The notes: generated from the letters alone by a model not told the origin. Shown: positions 36,802 to 48,598, counted from the first letter of the stretch. The stretch: 64,000 nt of DNA from Sedimentisphaerales bacterium (GCA_963708075.1 OY970194.1:256001-320000), one strand, 5' to 3'. Made by a program: numbers and translations.

Positions 36802-39287
36802 CCTCAGGGGCCGCACCAACCAGATTGATGAAAGCCGCCTGTCTGGCCTTGTGGCTGTTCGTCATCGCGTTGCCCCTGTTGGCTCTCGCCGTTGCGGCGG
36901 TATCGTCGCAGTCACAGCCGGAGCTTGCCCGGCCTGTGTTCGCCTCCCTGTTGCGCACGGCTGTTCTTGCCGGGATCATTGCCGCGGTTTCCGTCGTGTT
37001 GGGCTGGCTGCCGGGCCGATTGCTCGGAACCGGCGGCACGCATAGCGGCACTCTTCTGTTGCTCCTGTTGCTGCCGCTGGTCCTGCCGCAGTACGTGCTC
37101 TATTACGCCTGGTCGCTGCTGCTGAGCCCGACGACGCAACTCGGCCGGATACTGGCGTCCTCGCCTGCCCTGGCACGCTTCGTCGGCACGGCGGTCTCCA
37201 CAGGCGTCCTCATCGGCTGGTATTGGCCGCTGGCGGCATTGATTCTGGCGCAGGGCCGGCGCGGCATTGATCATTCCATCTGGCAGAACGCTCTGCTGGA
37301 TGCGAGCCGCTTTCAAGCCTTCCGCCACATTACTGTCCCGCTGCTCTCGCGGACGGTTCTTCTGGCGTTCGGCGTATGTTTCGTTCTGTCGCTCTCAGAG
37401 TTCGCGACGTTTCACCTGGCCGGCGTCCAAACTGTCGGCACGGAGCTTGCCGTGCTGTACGAGCTCACGGGCGCGGCGGCCCCCGTCGCGAGAGCGGCCT
37501 GGCCGGTGACGATTGTAGCCCTCCTGATGTCGATATTTCTGGCCGGGGCGTCGAATGAGTGGACTTCCGCAACACCCGTCTTCCGGCCGATGAAAACGGA
37601 ATCGCGGGTCCTTGACGCGACGGTATTTGCAGTTCTGATGCTTGTCTCGTGGGCAGCGCCCGTGTTTCTGCTGGTCGTCAACGTCACGACCTTGCAGCCG
37701 CTGCGACAGTTCATCACCCTTCATCTTGACGACCTGCTGTGGTCCCTCCTGACGGCTGGTGGTGCTGCAGTCCTCGCATGTATGATCGGCCTGAGCGGAT
37801 TGCTTTGGACGGCGGATCGGGCCCGTGGCGGCGCATCACAAGACATCAGAAGGACGGTCGGGCGATTCGTGATTCACGCCGGCATATTCCTTGCGATGTT
37901 TCTGCCCGCGTCGCTGCTGGCCATCTCGCTGCTGAGGCTGTCCATCGCCGCGGGTTTGCCGCCGGATGTGCGCCAGAGCTGGCTCATGGTCTCGGTGGGC
38001 CAGGCCTCGCGCTTTGCCGGTGTGGCCTTGATTCTGCTGCTGTCGACTCGCTACCCTGATCGGCGGAGACTTGTGGCGATGGCTTCGCTCGACGGGGCCT
38101 CACCGCTGGCGGCATGGCGGTACGTTCACCTCCCACGGACGTGGCCCGTGCTGGTCGGGACCTTCCTGCTGGTGATGATGCTCAGCATCACGGAGCTGCC
38201 GGCGACGATGGTCCTTCTGCCGGCGGGCCTGCCGAATTTCGCGCAACGGCTGCTCAACCAGATGCACTATGCAAGGGACCAGCAGGTCATCGCCTCCTGC
38301 CTGGTACTGGTGTCACTCTTTGCCGTCCTGGCCGGTGTCATATTCGCGTTGCTGCGGCTCGGCCGGATTCGATCGTACATGGGAGTCCTGCTGCTTACAA
38401 CGCTCCTTGTTCTCACCGGCTGCGGGCACGACGGCGGCAGCGGTGAGCCGAGAGTGGTGAACGCTTTCGGCAAGACCGGCGGCGGGCCCGGCGAGTTTCT
38501 GTATCCGAGGGCCATCGACCTCGACGGCGATGGATCGGTTCTCGTCGTGGACAAGACCGGCCGGATTCAGCATCTGACTCCAAAGGGAGAATGCCTCGCT
38601 GTGATCCGGATGCCGCTGATCGACGCGGGCAAACCGACGGGAATCAGTGTGCACAAGGACGGCCGGCTCTTCGTCGCCGACACGCATTACCACCGCGTCG
38701 CGATCTTCTCGCACGACGGCCGGCTCATCGGCGAGTTCGGCAAATACGGCGAAGACGGCGGATGCTTCATCTATCCCACGGATGTCGCATTCTCGCCGGA
38801 CGGGCGGATCTTCGTCAGCGAGTACGGCGGCAACGACCGCATCAGCATATTCACAGCCAATGGCGATTTTCTCTCGTCCTTCGGCTCGCCCGGCGACGCA
38901 GAAGGGCAATTCTCCAGACCCGCGGCCATGTGCATTGACGAGGCGAGGGGATGCCTGTATGTGGCGGATGCGTGCAATCACCGCATCGCAATGTATAATC
39001 TCGACGGCCAATTGATGGGATACTTCGGCGCCGCCGGACGCGGGCCGGGTGAGCTTCGCTACCCCTATGGCCTGTCGCTGCTGCCTGACGGGACCATCGT
39101 GGTGTGTGAGTATGGGAACAATCGGATTCAGTTGTTCAATCCGCAGGGCGAGAGCCTGGCTGTGTACGGGCAGGCCGGCCGGGAACTGGGCCGGCTCGCG
39201 TATCCCTGGAGCGTGGTGGTGGACTCGCATCGGCGGGCCTACGTGATCGACGCCGGCAACAATCGGATTCAGGTGTGGCAACTGTGA
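36798..39287 (+). CDS. FbpB-like ABC permease fused to NHL-repeat beta-propeller
   Basis: Two EAA-like loops (NALLDASRFQAFRHITVP, MASLDGASPLAAWRYVHLP) then ~6 NHL repeats (GEFLYPRAID, FIYPTDVAF, GNNRIQ). Confidence 0.85.
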   Translation: MTSGAAPTRLMKAACLALWLFVIALPLLALAVAAVSSQSQPELARPVFASLLRTAVLAGIIAAVSVVLGWLPGRLLGTGGTHSGTLLLLLLLPLVLPQYVLYYAWSLLLSPTTQLGRILASSPALARFVGTAVSTGVLIGWYWPLAALILAQGRRGIDHSIWQNALLDASRFQAFRHITVPLLSRTVLLAFGVCFVLSLSEFATFHLAGVQTVGTELAVLYELTGAAAPVARAAWPVTIVALLMSIFLAGASNEWTSATPVFRPMKTESRVLDATVFAVLMLVSWAAPVFLLVVNVTTLQPLRQFITLHLDDLLWSLLTAGGAAVLACMIGLSGLLWTADRARGGASQDIRRTVGRFVIHAGIFLAMFLPASLLAISLLRLSIAAGLPPDVRQSWLMVSVGQASRFAGVALILLLSTRYPDRRRLVAMASLDGASPLAAWRYVHLPRTWPVLVGTFLLVMMLSITELPATMVLLPAGLPNFAQRLLNQMHYARDQQVIASCLVLVSLFAVLAGVIFALLRLGRIRSYMGVLLLTTLLVLTGCGHDGGSGEPRVVNAFGKTGGGPGEFLYPRAIDLDGDGSVLVVDKTGRIQHLTPKGECLAVIRMPLIDAGKPTGISVHKDGRLFVADTHYHRVAIFSHDGRLIGEFGKYGEDGGCFIYPTDVAFSPDGRIFVSEYGGNDRISIFTANGDFLSSFGSPGDAEGQFSRPAAMCIDEARGCLYVADACNHRIAMYNLDGQLMGYFGAAGRGPGELRYPYGLSLLPDGTIVVCEYGNNRIQLFNPQGESLAVYGQAGRELGRLAYPWSVVVDSHRRAYVIDAGNNRIQVWQL

Positions 39288-42226
39288 ATAGCGCGTACGG
39301 ATTCTATCTAGGTCAGCCCTGGTGGCTTCTGCTGGGCCTGGTGATCGTCCCGATGATCTGGGTGGCTCGCCGGAACCTGGCGGCGCTGGGGACGGGACGC
39401 CGGGCAGCGGCCATCGTATTCCGCACGATTGGGATCCTGTTGCTGGTCATCCTGCTGGCCCGTCCGATGCTTGTCCGAAAGAGCCGCACCGCCACGGTGA
39501 TTGCGGTGCTGGACCGCAGCCAGTCCATCCCCTCGCAAAAGAGCGAAGCCGCCCTGGATTTTCTAACCCAGGCGGTGAAGGCCCGAACGGGCGGGGACCA
39601 GCTCGCGGTCGTGGACATCGCCGAGGCCGCCAGTATCTCCAGGCTGGCGTCCATGGATACGAGCGTCCGCCGGCGCAACACGACGCTCACAGGCCAGCAA
39701 AGCCGGCTGGCGGCAGGCATCGAGATGGCCATGGCGATTGCCCCGCCGGATTCCGCCACGCGCATCCTTTTAATCAGCGAGGGCAACGAGACGGAGGGGG
39801 ACCTGAAAGAGGCGGCGAGGACCGCGGCGGCCAACAAGGTGCCCATCGACGTGCTGCCGCTGGAGTACCGCTACGAGAGCGAGGCGCTCTTCAAGCGTCT
39901 GGTGGCCCCGCCTCACGCCCGCAGCGGACAGACGGTCTCCCTGCGATTTATTCTCAACAGCACCGCCGATGTCACGGGCAAACTGCTGCTGACCCTGAAC
40001 GACAAGCCTGTGGACCTGGCGCCGGACTCGCCTGAGATAGCCGTGCCGGTAGAGTTGAAGGAAGGGACAAACGTCAAGACCGTCTCCATCCCGGTCGGCA
40101 CGCGAGGCATGCACAAGTTTGAGGCGGTGTTCATGCCGGACGACCCGAAGCAGGATGCGATTGCGGAGAACAATCGCGCCAGCGCCATGACGTACGTGGC
40201 CGGGCCCGGCCATGTCACCGTCGTCGATGCGGACAACAAGTCCGCGCAGGTGCTGATGCGGGCGTTGCAGGGCACCGACATGGAGATCCGCTACGTTCCC
40301 GCCGCCGGCCTGCCGGACAACCTGGCCATGCTGATGGATACGGATGCCATCGTTCTGGCGAACGTCGATTGCGGCAGCATCACGTACCAGCAGCAGGAGA
40401 TGCTCTGCCGGTACGTCAATGATCTCGGCGGGGGGCTGGTTGTGGTCGGCGGGCCAAACTCTTACGGCGCCGGCGGCTGGATCGGCTCGCCGCTGGCGGA
40501 CGTGCTGCCGGTGGATCTGGACCCGCCCCAGAAGAAGCAACTGCCCAAGGGGCGCTGGTGCTGATCATGCACGCCTGCGAGATGCCCGACGGCAATTACT
40601 GGGGCAAGAAAGTCGCGGCCTCGGCCGTGGGAACGTTGAGCCGGCTCGACCTGGTCGGAATCCTCTCGTACAACTGGGGCGGCACCGACGACTGGGTGTA
40701 CCCTCTGGGGCCTGTGAACGACAAGGCGCAGGTCGCCGCCGCGATCGAGCAGATGCAGATGGGGGACATGCCGAGCTTGCACACTCACCTGCAGATGGCC
40801 TACAACGAGCTGGTCAAATGCGATGCGGCCCAGAAGCACGTCATTGTCATCAGCGACGGCGACCCGACCCCGCCTTCGGCGCAACTATTGAAGGACCTCG
40901 CTGCGGCGAAGATCACCTGCACCGGCGTCTGCATCTTCCCTCATTCGACCATGGATAATACGAATCTGCAGCACATGGCCTCTGAGAACCGGCGGGCGAT
41001 ACTACGACGTCAAGGACGCCCAATCCCTGCCGCAGATATTCATCAAGGAGGCCCAGGTTGTCCGACGGTCACTGATCGTTGAAGAGACATTCTCGCCGCA
41101 GGTGGTCTATTCGCTCAGTGAGACCCTCAAAGGCATGGCGCCGCCGCTGCCGCCACTGGACGGGTACGTGATCACGGGGCCCAAAGGCGGCCTGAGCCAG
41201 CTCGTGCTCGCCACGCACCAGGCGGACCCGCTGCTGGCGACGTGCCAGTCCGGCCTGGGCCGATGCGTTGCCTTCACCAGCTCGGCCGACACGCGGTGGG
41301 CGGGGCAGTGGCTGCAATGGTCGGATTTCGCACGCTTCTGGGAGCAGGTGGTGCGCTGGGCAGGCAAACCCGCACAGGCCACTGATTGCGAGATTTTCAC
41401 CGACGTCGAGGGCCAGCAGGCCACGGTCAACGTCGAAGCGTTCGATACGGAAGGCAAGTTCCTGCAGTTGACGGCCATCGAGGGACAGGTGCTCACCCCG
41501 GAGATGAAGGGCGAGCCGATGCAACTGGTCCAGACGGGGCCCGGCCAATACTCCGGCCGGTTCCGTGCGCCGGTGTCGGGCAGCTACATCGTGAACCTCC
41601 AGTATCGCAGAACGGGGCCCGACGAGAAGTCCCGTTTGGCGAACGCCGTCGTCAACGTGCCGTTCGCCCCGGAGTTCCGCGACCTCTCGGATAACGCACC
41701 CCTGCTGAAGGAGGTCAGCAAAATGACGGGCGGGCGGGTCCTGTCGCTGGCGTCCGACCCGAACACGGTGAACCTGTACGAGCACGCGGGCCTGGAATTT
41801 CCGGAGACGCACCTGCCTTTGCTGCGGCCGCTCATGCTGGCGTGGATTGCCATCTTTCTGCTGGACGTGGCGGTCCGGCGGGTGATTCTCAATGTGCGGG
41901 CGGGTCTGCGAAGGGTCAAGGCCTGGTTGCTCTCCACGGCCAAACGCGAGCAGGACCAGACCATCGCCCGGCTGCAGGCGAGGAGACAGAAGTTGCGGGA
42001 GCAGTGGTCCGCTCGCACCGCCGACACTATCGTGTCGAAGCACTATGAGGGCGCGGAGAAGTACCAGGGCGAGCTTCTGAGCACGGAGCCGAGACGCGAG
42101 ATGGAGCCGCCGGCAAAGCCAAAGGCTGAAGAGCCTCCCAAGCAGAAGCCTCCACAGGAGGGAACGCATATCGATCAGCTCCTCAAGGCGAAACGAAAGG
42201 CAACGGGGCAGGACAAGGGAGAATGA
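39284..42226 (+). CDS. Large VWA + GATase1-like membrane protein; two compensating frameshifts (~40550, ~40987)
   Basis: DRSQS MIDAS, ISEGNET, GGGLVVVGGPNSYGAGGW, VISDGD; three ORF pieces join into one ~983 aa frame. Confidence 0.8.
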
Positions 42227-42257
42227 CGGGAGTTGGCAACATATCAACAGGAGCGAA

Positions 42258-42326
42258 GGTGTGCGGTGCACACCCTACGAATATCGGTGGGCGCATTGGC
42301 GTCATGTAGGGTGTGCAACGCACACC
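42258..42326. repeat. GTAG-type REP pair
   Basis: GGTGTGCGGTGCACACCCTAC and GTAGGGTGTGCAACGCACACC. Confidence 0.75.
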
Positions 42327-42378
42327 GATAAAGGCTGATAAGGGCAAGCTAATGAACGGGAACCAGGAGAATAGAGCG

Positions 42379-43401
42379 ATGGTCATGAACGAGAAAGAGG
42401 TGGAGGCCCAGTGCCGCGAGTTTCGCGAGATGTTCGAGGCGCTGCGCCGAGAGATCGGCAAGGTGATCGTGGGCCACCAGGAGATCGTGGACAACGTCCT
42501 GATCAGCCTGTTCAGCGGCGGGCACGTGCTGCTGGAGGGCGTCCCCGGGCTGGGCAAGACGCTGCTGGTGCGGACGCTCAGCTCGGCGTTCTCGCTGGAG
42601 TTCCGGCGGATTCAGTTCACGCCGGACCTGATGCCCGCCGACATCATGGGCACGAACATCGTCATGGAGGACCCAGCCACCGGCCGGCGCGAATTCCAGT
42701 TCCAAAAGGGCCCGATCTTCGGACAGATGATCCTGGCCGACGAGATCAACCGCGCCACGCCCAAAACCCAGTCCGCCATGCTCGAAGCGATGCAGGAGCA
42801 CTCGGTCACCAGCGGCGGGCAGGTCCGCAAGCTCCAAGAGCCGTTCATGGTCCTCGCGACGCAGAACCCGATCGAGCAGGAAGGGACGTATCCGCTGCCT
42901 GAGGCCCAGTTGGACCGGTTCCTCTTCAAGCTCCTGGTGAGCTACAGCAACCGCGAGCAGCTCAAGGCGATCCTGGACCGCACGACGACGGGACAGGAGC
43001 CGCAGGCCCAATCCGTGGCTGATGCCGAGAAGATCCTGTGGGCTCAGAGACTTGTGAGACGCGTTGTTGTAGCCGAGCACGTGCAGGACTACGCGATCCG
43101 CCTGGTTCTGGCGACCCATCCGGGGGGTGAATTCGCGACGGAGATGACGAACCGCTTCGTGCGTTTCGGCTCGTCGCCTCGCGGCGTGCAGGCCCTGGTG
43201 CTGGCCGCCAAAGTCCGTGCGCTGCTCGACGAGCGATACCACGTCAGCTTCGACGACATCACCCAGTCGGTCCTGCCCGGTCTGCGGCATCGGCTGCTGC
43301 TGAACTTCGAAGGGCAGGCCGAGGGCATGAGCGCGGATGATGTGCTGAACGACGTGATTAAGAATGTCTCGAGGACAGCGGAGCAGAAAGCGAAGGCGTG
43401 A
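42379..43401 (+). CDS. moxR: MoxR family AAA+ ATPase
   Basis: GVPGLGKT, RIQFTPDLMPAD, LADEINRA, ATQNPIEQEGTYPLPEAQLDRF, GSSPRG. Confidence 0.96.
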   Translation: MVMNEKEVEAQCREFREMFEALRREIGKVIVGHQEIVDNVLISLFSGGHVLLEGVPGLGKTLLVRTLSSAFSLEFRRIQFTPDLMPADIMGTNIVMEDPATGRREFQFQKGPIFGQMILADEINRATPKTQSAMLEAMQEHSVTSGGQVRKLQEPFMVLATQNPIEQEGTYPLPEAQLDRFLFKLLVSYSNREQLKAILDRTTTGQEPQAQSVADAEKILWAQRLVRRVVVAEHVQDYAIRLVLATHPGGEFATEMTNRFVRFGSSPRGVQALVLAAKVRALLDERYHVSFDDITQSVLPGLRHRLLLNFEGQAEGMSADDVLNDVIKNVSRTAEQKAKA

Positions 43402-43417
43402 GGATGGCATTCGCCCG

Positions 43418-43447
43418 ATGGGACATATAGGACCAATAGGACCTATG
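43418..43447. repeat. Short 9-mer tandem repeat
   Basis: ATGGGACAT ATAGGACCA ATAGGACCT ATG. Confidence 0.55.
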
Positions 43448-43466
43448 TTGCGTGGCGAGAGATAAG

Positions 43467-44378
43467 ATGGCAACGAAATCGACAACCTCAATGCGAAAGC
43501 TGACCGAGCTTCTTGACCCTAAGTTCATGGCCCGGCTGGATGGGCTGGATGTGATCAGCCGCAAGATTCTGCTGGGTAAGCTCCAGGGCGAGCGCCGGTC
43601 GAAGCGCCGCGGCCAAAGCGTCGAATTCGCCGACCATCGGCCTTATGTCGTCGGCGACGATCTGCGATTTGTGGACTGGAACGTCTACGGCCGGCTCAAC
43701 CAGCTCTTCCTCAAGCTGTTTCTGGAGGAGCAGGACCTGACCGTGCACATCCTCGCCGATGCGAGCGCGTCGATGAGCGTGGGCGACCCCTCGAAGGACC
43801 TGTTCACGAAGCGACTGACGGCGGCGCTCGGCTACATCGGTCTGGTGAACAACAACCGCGTGACAATCAGCCTGTTCGCCGACGGCGTGCGGATGCAACT
43901 GGCGAACATGCGGGGACGCAACTACCTGTCGCAGATGGCCGAGCTACTCCTGACGACCGAGTGCGACGGCTTCTCCGATTTCGAGAAGGCCTGTCGCGAC
44001 GTGGCGTCCGGCCGGATCGGATCGGGCATCACGGTCGTGATCTCGGACTTTCTGTTCAAGCAGGGCTACGAGGCGGCTCTGCGGCGGCTCCTTGGAGCCC
44101 GGTACGACCTCTACGTGATTCAGGTCCTGTCGCCGCAGGAGATTTCGCCGGAGCTGGCAGGGGACTTGAAGCTGCTCGACGTTGAGGACGCCGATGCGGC
44201 GGAGATCACCGTAAGCTCGGCGCTGATCAAGTACTACAAGCGGAATCTGGCGGCCTACTGCAAAGAGCTGCACGACTTCTGCACGCATCGCGGGGCGGTG
44301 TACGTGCAGGCGAACTCCGCCGATTCCGTCGAGGCGCTGGTCTTGAATTACCTGCGGCGGATTCAACTGCTGCGTTGA
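43467..44378 (+). CDS. DUF58 domain protein
   Basis: GQSVEFADHRPYVVGDDLRFVDWNVYGR, DASASM, VISDF. Confidence 0.93.
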   Translation: MATKSTTSMRKLTELLDPKFMARLDGLDVISRKILLGKLQGERRSKRRGQSVEFADHRPYVVGDDLRFVDWNVYGRLNQLFLKLFLEEQDLTVHILADASASMSVGDPSKDLFTKRLTAALGYIGLVNNNRVTISLFADGVRMQLANMRGRNYLSQMAELLLTTECDGFSDFEKACRDVASGRIGSGITVVISDFLFKQGYEAALRRLLGARYDLYVIQVLSPQEISPELAGDLKLLDVEDADAAEITVSSALIKYYKRNLAAYCKELHDFCTHRGAVYVQANSADSVEALVLNYLRRIQLLR

Positions 44379-44396
44379 TGTGAGGACGCCAACAGC

Positions 44397-46363
44397 ATGG
44401 AATGGTTGACACCATTGATCGGGATATACGCGGCTGCCGTGGCGGTGCCGCTGCTGCTGTTGCTCTACTTCCTCAAACTCAAGAGGCAGGAGACCATCGT
44501 ATCGAGCACACTGCTGTGGAAGCGGGCGGTGCAGGATCTCCAAGTCAACGCCCCGTTCCAGAAGCTGCGCCGCAATCTTCTGCTGCTGCTTCAACTGCTG
44601 GCGTTGCTGGCTATTCTGTTGGCGTTGGCGGGCCCGGTGGTGGCCTGGAAAGGGGGGCCGGGCAAGCGGTACGTGCTATTGATCGACCGTTCCGGCAGTA
44701 TGAACGCCACGGATGTTGAGCCGACCCGGCTGGAATCAGCGAAGAGGCAGGCGAAGACCTTCGTGGAGTCGATGCGGGGCGGCTCGCTGGTGTCCCTGGA
44801 GGACAAATCCGACAACGCGATGGTCATTGCCTTCGATCGGCACGCCAAAGTGATGTGCAGCTTCACGTCGGACAAGCGTCAGCTCATGCTGGCCATCGAC
44901 GCGATCGAGTCAGGCGACGGCGTATCCCAGCTCGGCGAGGCGATCACGGTGGCCCGCGCGTTCGCGCAGTCGCCCGGCGTGGAGGGCAACAACCGCACGG
45001 CAGAGGATCCCGCGCAACTCGTTTTGTTCAGCGACGGGCGGATCAGCGACCTTGAGACGATTGTCGTTGCGGCCGATGAGCTGGTTTTCCATCAGATCGG
45101 ACAATCGCCGGACAACGTCGCGATCACGGCCATGAATGCCCGCAGATCATACGAGCGGCCGGAGCAGGTCGAGGTCTTTGCCTCTCTCGAGAACTACGGC
45201 AGCGAGCCGGTCGAGCGGGATGTGCAGCTCGGCATCAGCGGCAACGTTCACGCCGTGCGGACCGTCCGAATACCCGCCCGCGAAACGACGGAAGCCGGCA
45301 AGCCGGCCAAGCCCGGCAAGGTGGCCGTCGATTTCTCCCTGTCCTTCGGGGCAGCGGGCGTCCTGGAGGTGCGCCAATTGGGCACCGATGCCTTATCTTG
45401 CGACAATGCCGCCTGGAGTGTTCTGGAGCCGCCCAAACGGCTGTCGGTCCTGCTGGTCACAACCGGCAATCCCGTGCTGGAGCTGGCGCTGCGGGCCTGC
45501 CCGATTGCGAAGCTCGACCCGTGCACGCCGGCGGGCTTCGATGCGATGGACCCAACCAATTTTGCCGAGCGCCGGGCATACGATGTGATTGTGCTGGATA
45601 ACCATATCCCGGCCAATCTGCCCCAGTGCCGCTACCTCGTCTTCGGGCGCCGCCGAGGGGTGTGGACGTCAACTCCCCGCGAGAGCTTGAGAATCAGGTC
45701 GTTGCCGACTGGCGATCTCAGCACCCCGTGCTGCAGTACGTGAATCTGACGAACCTCTTCGCGGCCAGAAGTCACGAGCTGCGATTGCCCCGCGATGCCG
45801 AGGTGCTTGCGGAGTTCGGCGAGTCGCCGGCGATGGCCCTCGTGCGGCGCAAGGGCAGCGTCTACCTGCTGACTGCTTTCGACGTTCTGCAGAGCAACTG
45901 GGCGTTCGAGCCGAGCTTCGTCCTGTTCTGTTACAACGCCCTGGGGTACCTGGGCGCGCAGGCCGGGGGCGGCGAGAGTCACGGGCTCAAGGTCGGCGAG
46001 CCCATCGCGATGGAGAACGTGCCGGTTGCGGCGACAGTGACAGTCACCCGGCCGGATGCCTCCAAGGCCGAGTTGAATCCCGACCCGAGCGGGGCAGTTC
46101 GTTTCCCGGGTACAGGGCGCGTCGGCGTTTACGGGGTCGAAGTCCCGGAGCAACCAAAGCAGTTCTACGCAGTCAACCTGCTGGACGGCGAGGAAAGCCG
46201 GATCGAGCCTCAGAAGGAGATCAGTTTCTCCAGTGTGACTGTCGCGGCCAAGGAAGGGGCCGTCCAGCGGGCGAACGTGCCGCTATGGCCGGTGCTGGTG
46301 TTCGCGGCGCTGCTGCTTGCCTGCATCGAGTGGCTGGCGTATAATCTGCGCGTTCGGATATAG
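44397..46363 (+). CDS. BatA + VWA domain protein; frameshift near 45646
   Basis: LLYFLKLKR..VSSTLLW (BatA), DRSGSM, FSDG; adding one G at 45645-47 joins both ORFs; C-terminal TM. Confidence 0.85.
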
Positions 46364-46411
46364 GTTTGACGGGACCTTTGTGTGCACACGAATCAAGGCG
46401 GAGAATCTCAG

Positions 46412-48577
46412 ATGTTGAGAATCCTGATTGTTTTTCTGCTTGCGCTGGTGTTGGCCCCGTGTATTCGCGCGGCCGGCGACATCGAATTCAACGTCGATCT
46501 GTTCTGTGGCTGGGATGAGTACTATCGGCCCATGGAATGGACACCGGCCGAGGTCGGCATCACCACGAATATGACAGAGCCCTTCGAGGGCGTCTTCACG
46601 CTCTCGGCCCAGCAGGACGGCCTCAACACGCTGAACATCGTGCACCCCATCGTGCTGACGCCGAACCAGCGGCTGGACCTGCCTCTGGCCACGAAATTCG
46701 ACTTCCACATCGGCAAGTGCGTGCTGAACATCCGGGACAAGCGAGGCCGGACACGGTGGGAACAGACGATCGACATGTGGGACTTCTCCGCGGCGAACCG
46801 GCTGCTCAAGGTCGTCCAGGACCAGGACCTGCTCATCGGCCTGATGGGCCAGCCGCAGTTCGGTCTGCTGCGTCTGAAGGACGAAACCGCCTGCACGTCC
46901 CCTCGCGGAACCGGGGCCGTGTGCGTAGGCACCAAGGTGCCGCGAATGATGCCCTGGGACTGGACAGGATTTGTGAGCCTGGACCTGCTGATCCTGTTCG
47001 ATCCCGACTGGACGCAACTGCGATCTCAGCAGGTGAAGGCGATATGCGACTGGGTTTCCAATGGCGGCACGCTGCTGCTGATCCTGGGTCAGCATCCCTT
47101 GCCGCAGGATAGCCCGCTGGCGGACCTGCTTCCTTTCCGGATCGGTGACCTGCGCAAGTGCGAGATCCCCTCCGATGTCCTGACAGAATGGGGTCTGGAT
47201 GCCGGCGGGCCGGCGGCCGTGCCCGCCTGGTCGCTCTCCGCAAAACCCGAGGCATTGCTCTGGAAGAAAGTTCCAGCGCCGGACGCGGGATACTTGTACG
47301 GGGCCGGCTACGCAGGTTTCGGACGGGTGGCCGTCCTGGGATTCGAGCCATCCAGCCTGGGTGCGGAACAGACGCGGTATACGGCCGAATTCTGGACGAG
47401 GCAGATTGCCGCCTGCCTGGATGTGCAACCGAGTGCATCACCAGTTCCGCCGTCTCCCTATGGGGGTCAGGCCGGGGCCGCAGGCAGGCGGATGATCGTG
47501 CTGAAGGAGCAGGCGCCCACCGACGCCGATCAGCAGCGTATGAATGAGAACCGCCTTCGCATCGGCATTGCCCAGGACGCCAGTAACCGCGTCATGGAGT
47601 ATTTGTACCAGCTCAAGCAGATGCGGCCGGTGAGTATCTGGTGGGTCATCCTCACGCTCTCGGCGCTGGCCGTCCTGCTTGGTCCCGTGGATTACCTCGT
47701 GCTCAAAAAGCTGGACAAGCTGCCCTACACCTGGCTCACGAGCACGGGCTGGATCCTGATCTTCACCATCGGCGCCTACTACGGCGTCCAGTATCTTCGA
47801 GGCGGCACGATGCAACTGCGGGCGATCTCCGTGCTCGATGGCGTTGCGGACAGCAACTGCATCTGGGCCACCTACTATACGGGCCTGTTCGCTCCTCGCA
47901 GCGACGATTACCAGCTCGACGGCCTCAAGCCGACCCAGTGGTGGGCAGGCGTATCGCCGACCCGGGAGGAAATCTGGGGCTACCAGCGTGAGTCGGCGAT
48001 GCGGCAGATCTACTGTGTCCAGCAAGACGGAGCGAACTTGCCCGTCTCGTTGCCGATCAACATCTGGACGGTGCAGTCGTTGCTCGGCGAGTCGCCGCTG
48101 GACCAGATGCCTTTTGGCGTGAAGGTGCAGCGCGAGGAAGCCGCGGCCACCGTGGAAATCGCTAATTTGTCGGACAACCGGATCGTGAACGGTTTCGTCC
48201 TTTGGGCGGATCGCTATGCCGACCTGGGCCCGGTCTCCGCACGCTCGACACAAACGTTCGATGTGTCGACGCATCCTTTCAATGCCTGGGGCGACGCGAC
48301 ACGGCCCGACGGCCGACCCACGCGCGTTTCTGGAACGTTGGTGGGCATCAGCGCGCCCCGGTATCCCGGCACACTCGGCGAGCAGGCACAGAATGCCTTT
48401 CTGGCCCAGGGCAGTCTCAACCGCACGCTCGTCATGCATGACTGCCTGGAGCACGGTGCCGCCATCGTCTGCGTCATGTTCGACAACGCACCGCCTCCGT
48501 TCGCCGTCAAGAATCGGTCCTATGACATCAACCATATTCAATATGCCAGGCAGCTTGTTCTGAATCGTCGCCAGTGA
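46412..48577 (+). CDS. Conserved membrane protein of MoxR/ABC clusters (GATase-like extracytoplasmic domain, 2 TM)
   Basis: Signal peptide, QVKAICDWVSNGGTLLL, LLGPVDYLVLKKLDK..TW. Confidence 0.75.
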   Translation: MLRILIVFLLALVLAPCIRAAGDIEFNVDLFCGWDEYYRPMEWTPAEVGITTNMTEPFEGVFTLSAQQDGLNTLNIVHPIVLTPNQRLDLPLATKFDFHIGKCVLNIRDKRGRTRWEQTIDMWDFSAANRLLKVVQDQDLLIGLMGQPQFGLLRLKDETACTSPRGTGAVCVGTKVPRMMPWDWTGFVSLDLLILFDPDWTQLRSQQVKAICDWVSNGGTLLLILGQHPLPQDSPLADLLPFRIGDLRKCEIPSDVLTEWGLDAGGPAAVPAWSLSAKPEALLWKKVPAPDAGYLYGAGYAGFGRVAVLGFEPSSLGAEQTRYTAEFWTRQIAACLDVQPSASPVPPSPYGGQAGAAGRRMIVLKEQAPTDADQQRMNENRLRIGIAQDASNRVMEYLYQLKQMRPVSIWWVILTLSALAVLLGPVDYLVLKKLDKLPYTWLTSTGWILIFTIGAYYGVQYLRGGTMQLRAISVLDGVADSNCIWATYYTGLFAPRSDDYQLDGLKPTQWWAGVSPTREEIWGYQRESAMRQIYCVQQDGANLPVSLPINIWTVQSLLGESPLDQMPFGVKVQREEAAATVEIANLSDNRIVNGFVLWADRYADLGPVSARSTQTFDVSTHPFNAWGDATRPDGRPTRVSGTLVGISAPRYPGTLGEQAQNAFLAQGSLNRTLVMHDCLEHGAAIVCVMFDNAPPPFAVKNRSYDINHIQYARQLVLNRRQ

Positions 48578-48598
48578 TGCGATACGAGGGTAACGTCC

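Noticed and set aside
40541..40995. Programmed frameshifting or phase variation in the VWA gene
   Set aside because: Runs are only G4 and AA, with no slippery heptamer; similar indels elsewhere point to assembly error
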